A stretch of 64,000 nt of DNA from an uncultured Planctomycetaceae bacterium (GTDB lineage: Bacteria > Planctomycetota > Planctomycetia > Planctomycetales > Planctomycetaceae), in contig CAYLTY010000003.1 in NCBI GenBank assembly GCA_964386705.1, positions 14,026 through 78,025 of the forward strand, written 5' to 3'. The translations under genes were made by a program, and so were the position numbers. Numbering within the stretch: the first letter of the stretch is position 1; every line of letters starts with the position of its first letter. Under the pieces are notes generated by a model. The model worked only from the letters and a program-made list of their open reading frames with translations, was not told where the DNA came from and ran no database searches. Below are positions 50,066 to 58,855 of this stretch, in pieces.

Positions 50066-51205
50066 ATGCGCACCGTCATCCAACTGAACCTTCTGGTCTT
50101 GATGCTATTGCTTCTTGCCGGCGATCAAGCAGTGTTTGCTGAGGAACCTTCGAGGGCAGTCACAAACCAGGGACCGCTGCTGGGTAGAGTTCCAGTTGTG
50201 CGTTTCTCCGGCGAAAGCTTTCGCGGTGAACTGCCGAAGCTGACCGACAACGAGGCTCGCTTGGCCAAATCGCTGCGTCAGACCGTGGAAACATTGGCTA
50301 CCGAGATTGGCGAACGGAACCTGCGTGAGTACGACAACCTTTGCATCGCAGCCAATTGGCTGGAGAAAGTGCTAACCACTGACGGGTATCAAGTTGAACG
50401 CCAGACTTACAAAGTCGACGGACGCGATTGTTCGAACTTGATTGTCGAGCGACGAGGCAAGCAGCGGCCGGATGAGATCGTGCTCGTTGGAGCACACTAC
50501 GACAGCGCTCCGGGAACTCCTGGTGCGAACGACAACGGATCGGGAACAGCGGCACTGCTCGACCTGGCAAAACGATTCGCCAAAACTGAACCCGACCGTA
50601 CGCTACGCTTCGTCTTCTTCGTCAATGAAGAGCCGCCTCACTTTCAGACTGCCGCGATGGGTTCGCTGGTCTACGCTCGCCGCTGCAAAGAGCGCAAAGA
50701 CAACCTTACCGCGGTGCTGAGTCTGGAAACAATCGGCTATTACTCAGACGAAGTAGGCAGCCAGAAGTATCCGCCACCGTTGGGGGCGGTGTTCCCCAAT
50801 ACCGGCAATTTCATCGGCTTTGTGGGCAACGTCGATTCCGGACCGCTCGTCCATCAAGTTCTGACATCCTTTCGGAAGCATGCCGAGTTTCCCTCGGAAG
50901 GAACGTCTCTTCCGGGCACCATACAGGGCGTCGGCTGGTCAGACCAATGGTCGTTCTGGGAGTTCGGGTATCAAGGTGTCATGATTTCTGACACAGCCAC
51001 GTTTCGCTACCCACACTATCACCGCACAACAGACACGCCTGACAAACTGGACTATGATCGCATGGCCCGCGTCGTGGCTGGTATAGAAAAAGTCGTGAAT
51101 GACCTGACGAAACTGCCTGGCGACGACTCAGAACCCAAAAAGGTCATCAAGAACTCCTCGGACGGAAAGCTCAGACTGCCCACAAAGAAGGCCGCTGACA
51201 AATAA
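50066..51205 (+). CDS. M28-family aminopeptidase, secreted
   Basis: ATG at 50066 with signal peptide. IVLVGAHYDSAPGTPGANDNGSGTAALLDLAKRF; FVFFVNEEPPH. Confidence 0.85.
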   Translation: MRTVIQLNLLVLMLLLLAGDQAVFAEEPSRAVTNQGPLLGRVPVVRFSGESFRGELPKLTDNEARLAKSLRQTVETLATEIGERNLREYDNLCIAANWLEKVLTTDGYQVERQTYKVDGRDCSNLIVERRGKQRPDEIVLVGAHYDSAPGTPGANDNGSGTAALLDLAKRFAKTEPDRTLRFVFFVNEEPPHFQTAAMGSLVYARRCKERKDNLTAVLSLETIGYYSDEVGSQKYPPPLGAVFPNTGNFIGFVGNVDSGPLVHQVLTSFRKHAEFPSEGTSLPGTIQGVGWSDQWSFWEFGYQGVMISDTATFRYPHYHRTTDTPDKLDYDRMARVVAGIEKVVNDLTKLPGDDSEPKKVIKNSSDGKLRLPTKKAADK

Positions 51206-51228
51206 CAGCAGCGTGCAGTGCAAACGGA

Positions 51229-52431
51229 TCATGATGATGGCAGCGCACGCAGAGGCCGAAGTTCGTACGAAAACGCGCCCAGCAACTGAGCGGCCTTGAC
51301 CGAATGACACTTCAAACACGTTTCCTGGGCACGCAACGCACCCAGCATCAGAATCTGATCTGGCTGCTCTGCTACGACAACGTCTTCGTCATACCACAAT
51401 TTTGTCAGGGCTTGTTGCTCAAACTCGCTGAGTTCGCGAGTAGGCACTTGCTTGAGCTTGTCCATCCGGGGCAACTCCGCAGAGACATACACTCGCGGCT
51501 CTTTGTGTTTCAATAAGCTAACCAACTCCAATCGAGTGATCCGCCAGCCACGGTGAGAATCACCCGCCGTTAACGCGAGCTGAGCTTTGCCGAAACGATG
51601 GGAAACAAAGCCAGCAGCCCTCTGATTGCCTGCGATGTAACCCAGCGATGCCGGATTGAGAAAACGTGCGATTCCATGATCGTGCATCAGGAGCAGAGAT
51701 TCCTGATGCGACTCGGTTTTCCGTAAGCGGGCGTCATTTCGATGCGGCGTGTCCTCGAGCAGAGTCAGATCGTCAGGCAATGCCGGAGCTGCGATGAGCC
51801 GTGGCAATGCGTTCTCGCCATATTCCAATAGTTGCAGATCAAGTCGCGGAGGAAACATCGGCATCCTGCCTACTCCAAACCCGCTGACAACTGCAAATAC
51901 ATCTACATTGCGGTTGTGCAACATCCGTAACTCGTGAGACCGCTCGGAATACCAATTATGCTCTGGATTCGACTTCTCCCATCTCGCCCTGACTGTTGGC
52001 GAGACAGACCGCTGCTCGCGAACCGCAGTTGTGAACGCCGCCGTCGGATCGCCAAGCGTCTCCTGCTCATACTCCAGCCTGCTGGCTAGTGACTGGACGG
52101 GATACTTTACGCGAGCGTGATACCGCTGGAGCAAGTGCACCACCCCCGGACGGAACGCAAGAAGATACATGGCCACAACAACGCCCACGCCGATTCGTAG
52201 TCGAGTTTTGGGGTTGATATTCGCCGGCATCAACGAGGCGGTGAAAAGCAGCCCAACTCCGATCAACGCATTGAGCCACGAGAACGTGCACGCCAAGAAC
52301 AAACTCATCAATAGCCAGCCCGCTGCCCAGCCGCGAAAATCAGCGTTGCGCGCCCGATGGTAAGTGGACAGTAACCAAATCGATAAACCGAGAGAGACCG
52401 CCGGCCAGATGAGCATCTCAACCACCGCCAT
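51229..52431 (-). CDS. Polytopic membrane N-terminus plus conserved periplasmic/CxxCH C-terminal module (DUF3365-like); paralog of 53374..54390
   Basis: 400 aa with three or four N-terminal TM helices. The C-terminus reads WRITRLELVSLLKHKEPRVYVSAELP...LGALRAQETCLKCHSVKAAQLLGAFSYEL. Confidence 0.7.
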   Translation of the reverse strand: MAVVEMLIWPAVSLGLSIWLLSTYHRARNADFRGWAAGWLLMSLFLACTFSWLNALIGVGLLFTASLMPANINPKTRLRIGVGVVVAMYLLAFRPGVVHLLQRYHARVKYPVQSLASRLEYEQETLGDPTAAFTTAVREQRSVSPTVRARWEKSNPEHNWYSERSHELRMLHNRNVDVFAVVSGFGVGRMPMFPPRLDLQLLEYGENALPRLIAAPALPDDLTLLEDTPHRNDARLRKTESHQESLLLMHDHGIARFLNPASLGYIAGNQRAAGFVSHRFGKAQLALTAGDSHRGWRITRLELVSLLKHKEPRVYVSAELPRMDKLKQVPTRELSEFEQQALTKLWYDEDVVVAEQPDQILMLGALRAQETCLKCHSVKAAQLLGAFSYELRPLRALPSS

Positions 52432-52519
52432 TCTCTAACCTGGTTAGCGGACCGAGTGTGCTACCGGGCAAAAGACCGTCCGCCGTGCCGATGCGTCAAC
52501 TCTAAATCCATAGACTCAG

Positions 52520-53041
52520 TCACGCCAAGCTGATCTTCAGGCCCATCTTCTCTTTCATGGCAAGCAGAGCCTCAGCGTTTCCCATTGCGTCATCGACCGG
52601 ATGATGCGTGTGCTTTGTTCGCCGCAAATGCTTGAAGTTCACAAAGGTGTCTTTCGCCAACCCCTTGTAGAGCGAACCCAAATTCGTCGAGCTGAATCCG
52701 AACGGGTTGCTGCCGATAAAGTGGTGGAAATACCAATTGATAAACTGCCAGTCGAAGCCGTTGTTGTCAGAAACGAACATGATTCGCCCCTGACACTCGA
52801 CGTGAAGCCAGTCGGAGAATGACTGCATGACAGTTTTGGGATCATCAAACGTCAGCGTCGTTTCTCGACTGAATCCGCTGACCGCTAGAGCGTCTGGGAT
52901 GTACCTGTCGGAGATCGGGAACAGCCGACCGTAAAATGTTCGCTTCAACTCGGGCTCGACAATGACCGCCCAAAAACAGACCATCGAGTAATCACCGGGA
53001 ATTGGCCCGTCTGCCTCGACGTCAACCATTACATATGGCAT
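52520..53041 (-). CDS. Stand-alone DEDDh 3'-5' exonuclease (DnaQ-like fold)
   Basis: 173 aa. Exo I MVDVEADG, Exo II FVSDNNGFDWQF, Exo III HHPVDDAMGNA. Confidence 0.8.
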   Translation of the reverse strand: MPYVMVDVEADGPIPGDYSMVCFWAVIVEPELKRTFYGRLFPISDRYIPDALAVSGFSRETTLTFDDPKTVMQSFSDWLHVECQGRIMFVSDNNGFDWQFINWYFHHFIGSNPFGFSSTNLGSLYKGLAKDTFVNFKHLRRTKHTHHPVDDAMGNAEALLAMKEKMGLKISLA

Positions 53042-53373
53042 TCGATACTTTCCATCAGCGTGCCAGCAACTGCTGAGTCGACCAAAGCCGCTCGTCCGCG
53101 ACTATGCATCGCGAGGACTTTCCGCCAGCAGGGCACATAACCAGACGCAGCTCACCATGAACCGCGCAACACTTTTCTTCATTTATTTCGACGGAAAATA
53201 TCTCACAAAAGGAAGGCGTAGTCAAGTGACTCAGCAAGAGAGACAGTGAGATGCAAACTATTATCCCACTCAATTCTTGAACCACGCGAAGCGTTGCGAT
53301 ACTCAATCAGAAGGCACTCCATTCAAGCTGCAGAGTCGAACTCCACGCAGTCGCGCCGCCTACCGGGAGATCC

Positions 53374-54390
53374 ATGATGTCGCGAAGATCTGTACTCGGC
53401 ATTTCAGTGGGTATTGCGATTTCTCTGGCTGTCGTTCTTTTACTCACCACGCGCAGCGATGAACTCTGGCCTTGGGCAGTCGACGCCAAACGACACCGCG
53501 CACTGCGCGAGCGGTACCCGATCGAGAATCTGGCGCCGCGGCTGGAGTATGAGAACGCCGTCGTTGGTGATTCCAACACAACTTTTGGCGCGGTGTACTC
53601 AACGTCGAAAGCGCTCTCTCCCGCCGTGAGCGAGCGTCTAGCGCGGAGCGATGCAGACAACTCCGAGTCCTATCGGGCTTTCGCACTGAGAGAACTGCAT
53701 CGGCAACAGACGAGCAAGTTCATCACCAGGCCAGGGCAGGGACGTCGTCGCGTCGCAACCCCTTCAGAACTTTTGGAGGCTGAGGTTCCGCTGGCGGAGT
53801 CACTGCCATTGCCCCAGCGTGATGACGAAAGCTTTATCGCCATTGATGGTAAAACAATTCGCAGCAAGCCTCTGACAGAGGATGACCAACATCCAGAAGC
53901 TGCAATTCCGGAACAAGACACTCTCCTGAAACTACACGACGACGGACTCGGTCGATTCGCGAACTCATACTGGTGGGGCGCGACGATGGGAATGCAACGC
54001 GCTGCAGGCTTTGTCTCACATCGCTTCATGGCACAGATGCCATCGCTAGACTCGTCGGCCGCCGATCTTGCGTGGAGTATCACGCGACTGGAGTTAGTCA
54101 GTTTGCTCAAGCACAAAGAGCCGCGTGTTTATGTTTCTAAGGAGCTTCCACAGCTTGAAAAGCTGCAAAGTGTAGCCACCCGTGAACTCGACCAGTTTGA
54201 AGAGCAGTCACTCGCCAAACTGTGGCACGACGAGGATATCGTCGTTGTGGAAGAGTCACATCACATTCGCATGCTGGGTTCGCTGCGTGCTCAAGAGGCT
54301 TGCTTGGAGTGCCACTCGGTGAAGCACGGCCAGTTGCTGGGGGCATTCTCATACGAGCTGGCGCTGCGGCGAAAGAGTTCTCCGCAGTGA
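53374..54390 (+). CDS. Single-TM paralog of 51229..52431 with the same CxxCH C-terminal module
   Basis: 338 aa. WSITRLELVSLLKHKEPRVYVSKELP...LGSLRAQEACLECHSVKHGQLLGAFSYEL. It is also collinear with the paralog further upstream (YPIENLAPRLEYEN versus YPVQSLASRLEYEQ). Confidence 0.7.
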   Translation: MMSRRSVLGISVGIAISLAVVLLLTTRSDELWPWAVDAKRHRALRERYPIENLAPRLEYENAVVGDSNTTFGAVYSTSKALSPAVSERLARSDADNSESYRAFALRELHRQQTSKFITRPGQGRRRVATPSELLEAEVPLAESLPLPQRDDESFIAIDGKTIRSKPLTEDDQHPEAAIPEQDTLLKLHDDGLGRFANSYWWGATMGMQRAAGFVSHRFMAQMPSLDSSAADLAWSITRLELVSLLKHKEPRVYVSKELPQLEKLQSVATRELDQFEEQSLAKLWHDEDIVVVEESHHIRMLGSLRAQEACLECHSVKHGQLLGAFSYELALRRKSSPQ

Positions 54391-54769
54391 GAGCCAGCGG
54401 CAACTCTACCGAGCGATGAGCCGCAACGCGCTAGCGGCGGGTGGTTGGTGCGTCGAGAACGCGTCATCACAGAACCGACGGCTAGCGCCTTACCGCTCAG
54501 GATGCGACGGATTGTCTGTGAACAGTGTAAAAGCAAAAAGCCAGGAACCGCAGTAAGAGCAAGCTCTCATCACGGTTCCTGGGCTTTCGTCCAAGGCGGG
54601 GAGACAACCACCTTGCGGGCTGGAGCGAGAGTACGGTAGCCCTCCTGGCGCGGACTCTCTTCCCGATGAAGAAAAGATGCAGTATTTTCCGAATCAGCAA
54701 CTGCGATACAGACTCTCAAAACAAGTATCTGATCGAGTTGCTGATGTATTTCTTAATGAACATCGAAGA

Positions 54770-55705
54770 TCAGCTCGCTCCCGGGACCTGAGGTGCCACT
54801 GGCGTTGGCGCTGTATAGACTGGAGCAGGGCCTTGAGGAACTCGAACCTGAGGCGCAGTCGGCACTGGTGTGGGATACGCTTGCGGCGCGTACCCCGGTT
54901 GCGACGGCACCTGTGACTGTGGCTGATAATACGGCTGCGGTGCCGCGTATGTTTGTGGATATGTTGGTTGATAGACTGGCTGATACTGCGGCACGTAGAC
55001 GTATTGCGGCGCTGGATGATACTGTGGAGCGTAGCTGTATTGTGGCGCCATCACCTGGTAGTTGTGCTGGCAGTTACAAGGCGGCTGAGCTGACGGCATG
55101 GGCTGATACGCAACCGGCATCTGCGGAGCATAGGCGAACTGGTCATAGGGTGCTGGTGACCACGCCGCGCCGGGGTAACCCATATCACTGACGACATATC
55201 CATCAGAGACAATTTCGCCGCCAGCGTAGCCGCTGTTGCACGGAGCCTGGCAGGGAGAGCATTTCGAGCAGCCAGACTTCTTGGAGAACAGATTGAAGCC
55301 GGACATCATGCTGCTCATCTTGCAGCGATCTTTTTCCATCTTCATCCGACAGCGATCACCGAAGCTGGGTTTGCAGGTGTCGCACGCAGACGGGCAGGTC
55401 GGGCAGCTATTGCCTTTGCTGAAGAAGCAGGTGCGCTGAATCGGCGTCAGGCCGGCGGTTGGCACGGGAGACTCGGACTCTTCCTCGGGTGGTGGCACCT
55501 GGCTGGGGGGAGTCAGCAGCGGCAGCTGAGAATCATCTTGCGGTACATGATAACCGTTGCGGGGCGTCGGCTCGACCGGAACAACTTGATTGCCGCCGCC
55601 GCGATGGTGCCCGTGATGGGATCGATGCAGTTGGCAACCGATGATACCGGTGGCAAGCGTGATGCTTGCCGCTGCCAACAGGCGAGTGCGAAATGAAAGC
55701 TTCAT
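54770..55705 (-). CDS. Lipoprotein with His-rich, Cys-rich and P/Q/Y-repeat low-complexity regions
   Basis: ATG at 55705. Lipobox LATGIIGC. HRSHHGHHRGGG; the Cys cluster CPTCPSACDTCKPSFGDRCRMK...CSKCSPCQAPC; the tail PQYSYAPQYHPAPQYVYVPQYQPVYQPTYPQTYAAPQPYYQPQ. Confidence 0.6.
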   Translation of the reverse strand: MKLSFRTRLLAAASITLATGIIGCQLHRSHHGHHRGGGNQVVPVEPTPRNGYHVPQDDSQLPLLTPPSQVPPPEEESESPVPTAGLTPIQRTCFFSKGNSCPTCPSACDTCKPSFGDRCRMKMEKDRCKMSSMMSGFNLFSKKSGCSKCSPCQAPCNSGYAGGEIVSDGYVVSDMGYPGAAWSPAPYDQFAYAPQMPVAYQPMPSAQPPCNCQHNYQVMAPQYSYAPQYHPAPQYVYVPQYQPVYQPTYPQTYAAPQPYYQPQSQVPSQPGYAPQAYPTPVPTAPQVRVPQGPAPVYTAPTPVAPQVPGAS

Positions 55706-56223
55706 ATTGGCGGTTGCTTCGCGGAAACGAAGTGAGAACGTCAGAGGAGCATTCCGCTTGAGAGCGGAAGAATGATCGCGAGATGCAAGCCACGTCCGTG
55801 CGTCTGGCAGGTGTTTGATTTGGTGTCGATCAGCCTGCCGCAAATGAGATCGGTCAGACTCGCGACGGCAAACGCGTGGAAAGCGATCGCTGTTTTCATT
55901 CGGCTCGGCATGAGCCCGGTTGGCGCAGACTTCCGGCGCGTGCCCAATGTCTCCTCTAAGACTGATCTCCGTCCTGTGTCGATCGTGTCGTCCAGAGCAG
56001 GTCGCGACTCAACGAATGCTCTGGCAGTACCCGATGGATGCGGCGGACGAGCGGTAGCGATCGCGCCAAAAAGAACACTTTCGCTGAACCTGACCTGCGG
56101 CAGCCGGGTCCGTTTTCTCAACTTTGGCGTCGCCGCAGTGATGACGAAAACTCTTTGAATACAGCGATTTAGAGCTTTTCAATGAACCCATCAGCCGGCC
56201 CGGCATTCAGGCAGATCGACGTC

Positions 56224-56252
56224 TTGACCCCTTTTAGGGGCCTGACTAGCAT
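56224..56252 (+). promoter_or_regulatory. Sigma-70-like promoter candidate for tRNA-Cys
   Basis: TTGACC - 17 nt - TAGCAT, ending 32 nt upstream of the tRNA 5' end. A CTTTGCC/GGCAAAG hairpin sits in between. Confidence 0.35.
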
Positions 56253-56284
56253 CCGCCCCGCTTTGCCCGACCGGCAAAGTCTTC

Positions 56285-56355
56285 GGCTCCGTAGCCAAGC
56301 GGCTAAGGCAGTGGATTGCAAATCCACCATCCCCGGTTCGAATCCGGGCGGAGCC
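56285..56355 (+). tRNA. tRNA-Cys (anticodon GCA)
   Basis: Manual cloverleaf of 71 nt. Acceptor GGCTCCG/CGGAGCC. Anticodon stem GTGGA/TCCAC with loop TTGCAAA. T-arm CCCGG-TTCGAAT-CCGGG. The next base is T (U73, the Cys discriminator). CCA is not encoded. Confidence 0.9.
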
Positions 56356-56412
56356 TTTTCAGATCGCAGTCTGTTTTGGTCATCAGACAACACATTGCGA
56401 CGCAATTACTAT

Positions 56413-56447
56413 TCGCCCAGGCCCGACTTGTTCGGCAGCCTGGGCGA
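56413..56447 (+). terminator. Stem-loop downstream of tRNA-Cys
   Basis: TCGCCCAGGC-(CCGA CTTGT TCGG CA)-GCCTGGGCGA followed by TTGCGTTTG. Confidence 0.5.
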
Positions 56448-56481
56448 TTGCGTTTGAAGACATGTCTGCGGAGAGATTCCC

Positions 56482-56862
56482 GTGAACGGCCCGAACTTTG
56501 AAAAGTCAGATTTGATCCCGGTCATCGCTCAAGATGACGCCACTGGCGACGTCCTGATGCTGGCCTACATGAACGCCGAAGCCTACGCCGAGACCCTGAA
56601 GACCGGCCGCGTGTGCTACTACAGCCGCAGCCGCCAGAAGCTGTGGCGCAAGGGCGAGGAGAGCGGTAACGTGCAGGAACTGCGGAGTCTCTATTATGAC
56701 TGTGACGCAGACACCCTGCTGGTGAAGGTCAATCAGATCGGCGGTGCAGCCTGTCACGAGGGCTTCAGGAGCTGCTTCTTCCGTCAGATCAATCCACAGA
56801 CTGGAGAAGTCAGCGTCGTCGGCGAACGCGTCTTCGACCCCAAGCAGGTCTACAAGAAGTAG
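56482..56862 (+). CDS. hisI: Phosphoribosyl-AMP cyclohydrolase
   Basis: GTG start. [24 protein letters not shown]...[18 protein letters not shown]...[11 protein letters not shown]...[10 protein letters not shown]. Confidence 0.9.
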   Translation: MNGPNFEKSDLIPVIAQDDATGDVLMLAYMNAEAYAETLKTGRVCYYSRSRQKLWRKGEESGNVQELRSLYYDCDADTLLVKVNQIGGAACHEGFRSCFFRQINPQTGEVSVVGERVFDPKQVYKK

Positions 56863-56968
56863 CTCAGCGAACGCAGTTGAACGCCATTCGCCCAGTTTGC
56901 GAATTTCCTGAAAAGGATCTCACAACCGCCGTTGCCCGATACGTATCTGGGCCGCATAATCACGACAC

Positions 56969-57403
56969 TTGGCAAATTCCTTCGTGAGAGTTCTCGTGCC
57001 TTCAAGAGTCTTACAGTTCGTGCTGGTGATGTACTTCGCAGGGATCTCCCTGCTGGGGTCGTCGGGCCTGCACACCCTGTTGGGACTTTCGCACGGGCAC
57101 CTGCACGGAGTGGTGAGTGTGACTTCGAAAGAAGAGTCGCACTCGCATCCTTGCAAGCATCACCATCACCATTCGAACGCGGTTGACGAGTCGCAACCGC
57201 GTCACCATCACCACGATGACAGCACTCCTGAGCATGACTGCCCAATCTGCGATTGGGCCTCTCAGCCGATTGCTGACCTCACGCCGCCTCCAGTTGAACT
57301 GACGTTTGAGCGGCCTGTATTGCGACCACTGGCTACGGAAGTGGTTGCGCCGTGCGCTGCCTTGGTGACCCCACCGGCTCGCGGCCCTCCGACTGTGGGA
57401 TAG
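56969..57403 (+). CDS. Small membrane-anchored His-rich protein with CPIC motif
   Basis: TM-like VLQFVLVMYFAGISLLGSSGLHTLLGL, then HGHLHG...HSHPCKHHHHHS...RHHHHDD...HDCPICDW. The start is uncertain (TTG 56969, GTG 56984 or ATG 57029). Confidence 0.5.
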   Translation: MANSFVRVLVPSRVLQFVLVMYFAGISLLGSSGLHTLLGLSHGHLHGVVSVTSKEESHSHPCKHHHHHSNAVDESQPRHHHHDDSTPEHDCPICDWASQPIADLTPPPVELTFERPVLRPLATEVVAPCAALVTPPARGPPTVG

Positions 57404-57796
57404 TTTTCGGAATTTGTCTGGCCCCGTGCTTTGTGGCGTTCCCAAGAACCCGGTTCGGCCGCTGGACAGACTGAGTTCTGGATTTCGCGTAATGCCTCTG
57501 TGAGACGACCTTTACGTCTTGAAATCCGTTTCGCCTGACTTGCCTCGCCCTTATTGAATTGAGCGATGCTGAAGCAGCGATGACTCAGAGTTCTTCCTTC
57601 TCTCGACGGCCTCTTCGGTTCGGCAGATTGAGCTGAGTATTCAGCGGTCTCTGGGCGGCTCATCTGACGTCCTCAGAACCCTGCGATCTGTCGCTCAAGA
57701 GGCATTACGAGCGTCTTTTCCACAGTGCTTTCCTAGTCCGTTGTCTGGTGCGAGCTGCGTCTCTGCATCGAGCGGACTGCGATTACGGAGATATTT

Positions 57797-58726
57797 ATGT
57801 CCTCAACGTCTGTCAGTCGTCGCGTCCGACGCGGCTTTACTCTGATCGAACTGCTGGTGGTGATCGCGATCATCGCTGTGATCGTCGCTCTGCTGCTGCC
57901 AGCGGTTCAGCAAGCTCGCGAAGCTGCCCGCCGCGCTCAGTGCAAGAATAACCTGAAGCAGTTGGGAGTCGCGCTGCAAACCTATCACGAATCCCACAAC
58001 ACCTTCCCCAGCGGTTGGATTGCGGTCGATCCTGTCACGCGACAGATGTCACCACACGCTGGACTCAGCGGCGCCGGCTGGGCGCTGATGCTGCTCCCTG
58101 TGATGGATCAACTGCCGCTCTATGAGCAGTTCAATTCCAATCTGTCGATCGTCGATCCCGCCAACGTGTCCCTCGGGAAGCGAGCCATCAATTCGCTCCT
58201 GGGCCCTTCTGATTCCAACATGGGATCGTGGGTCATTAACGACGAGGGAACTGGGGCTCCTTTAGCCACGCTCGCGCACGCCAATTATGTCGGCGTGTTC
58301 GGGACCGCAGAGCTGGATGGTTGCGAGAATCCCAATGGCACAGCTCCGGTTTCCGCTGCTGGCCAGTGCATTGGCAACGGAGCGTTCTATCACAACAGCC
58401 GCGTCTCGTTCCGCGACATCACCGATGGCTCCAGCAACACATTCTTGATTGGCGAACGCCGGACAGATGCGTCGCAAGGCTGGAACTCAACCTGGATAGG
58501 TTCTGTTCCGGAAGGCGAGGAATCGTTCGCTCGAATCCTCGGTGCGGTGGACCACACGCCCAATCATCCAGATACTCACCTGGATGACTTCAGTAGCCAC
58601 CACGTGGGCGGCACGCAGTTTCTGCTGGGTGACGGTCAGGTGCGGTTCATTGGAGAGAACATCGACGTGAATGCCTATCAGGCACTCGGCACCATCAACC
58701 AAGGCGAAGTGGTCGGGGATTACTAA
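57797..58726 (+). CDS. DUF1559 protein with prepilin-type N-terminus and H-X9-DG C-terminus
   Basis: MSSTSVSRRVRRGFTLIELLVVIAIIAVIVALLLPAVQQAREAARRAQCKNNLKQLG...; HHVGGTQFLLGDGQVRFI. Confidence 0.9.
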   Translation: MSSTSVSRRVRRGFTLIELLVVIAIIAVIVALLLPAVQQAREAARRAQCKNNLKQLGVALQTYHESHNTFPSGWIAVDPVTRQMSPHAGLSGAGWALMLLPVMDQLPLYEQFNSNLSIVDPANVSLGKRAINSLLGPSDSNMGSWVINDEGTGAPLATLAHANYVGVFGTAELDGCENPNGTAPVSAAGQCIGNGAFYHNSRVSFRDITDGSSNTFLIGERRTDASQGWNSTWIGSVPEGEESFARILGAVDHTPNHPDTHLDDFSSHHVGGTQFLLGDGQVRFIGENIDVNAYQALGTINQGEVVGDY

Positions 58727-58738
58727 CGGTAACGGTTT

Positions 58739-58812
58739 GAGCAGTGTCGTCTTTCCCACTGCGAAAGTACGCCCCTTTCGCGGAGCGAAAGGCGACCATG
58801 ACGACACTGCTC
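58739..58812. repeat. 74-nt nested palindromic element (13-bp outer stem enclosing two hairpins)
   Basis: Outer stem GAGCAGTGTCGTC (58739-58751) / GACGACACTGCTC (58800-58812), perfect. Inner hairpins CTTTC-CCACTGC-GAAAG and CCTTTCGC-GGA-GCGAAAGG. Confidence 0.7.
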
Positions 58813-58855
58813 CAAACTGCCCCTGCCATGACGCGAAACCGAGAAAGATTTTCGC

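Noticed and set aside
56285-56355. tRNA-Cys as an integration site for a genomic island
   Set aside because: No integrase, direct repeat of the tRNA 3' end, or compositional shift is adjacent. The low-GC patches lie 3 kb and more than 17 kb away.
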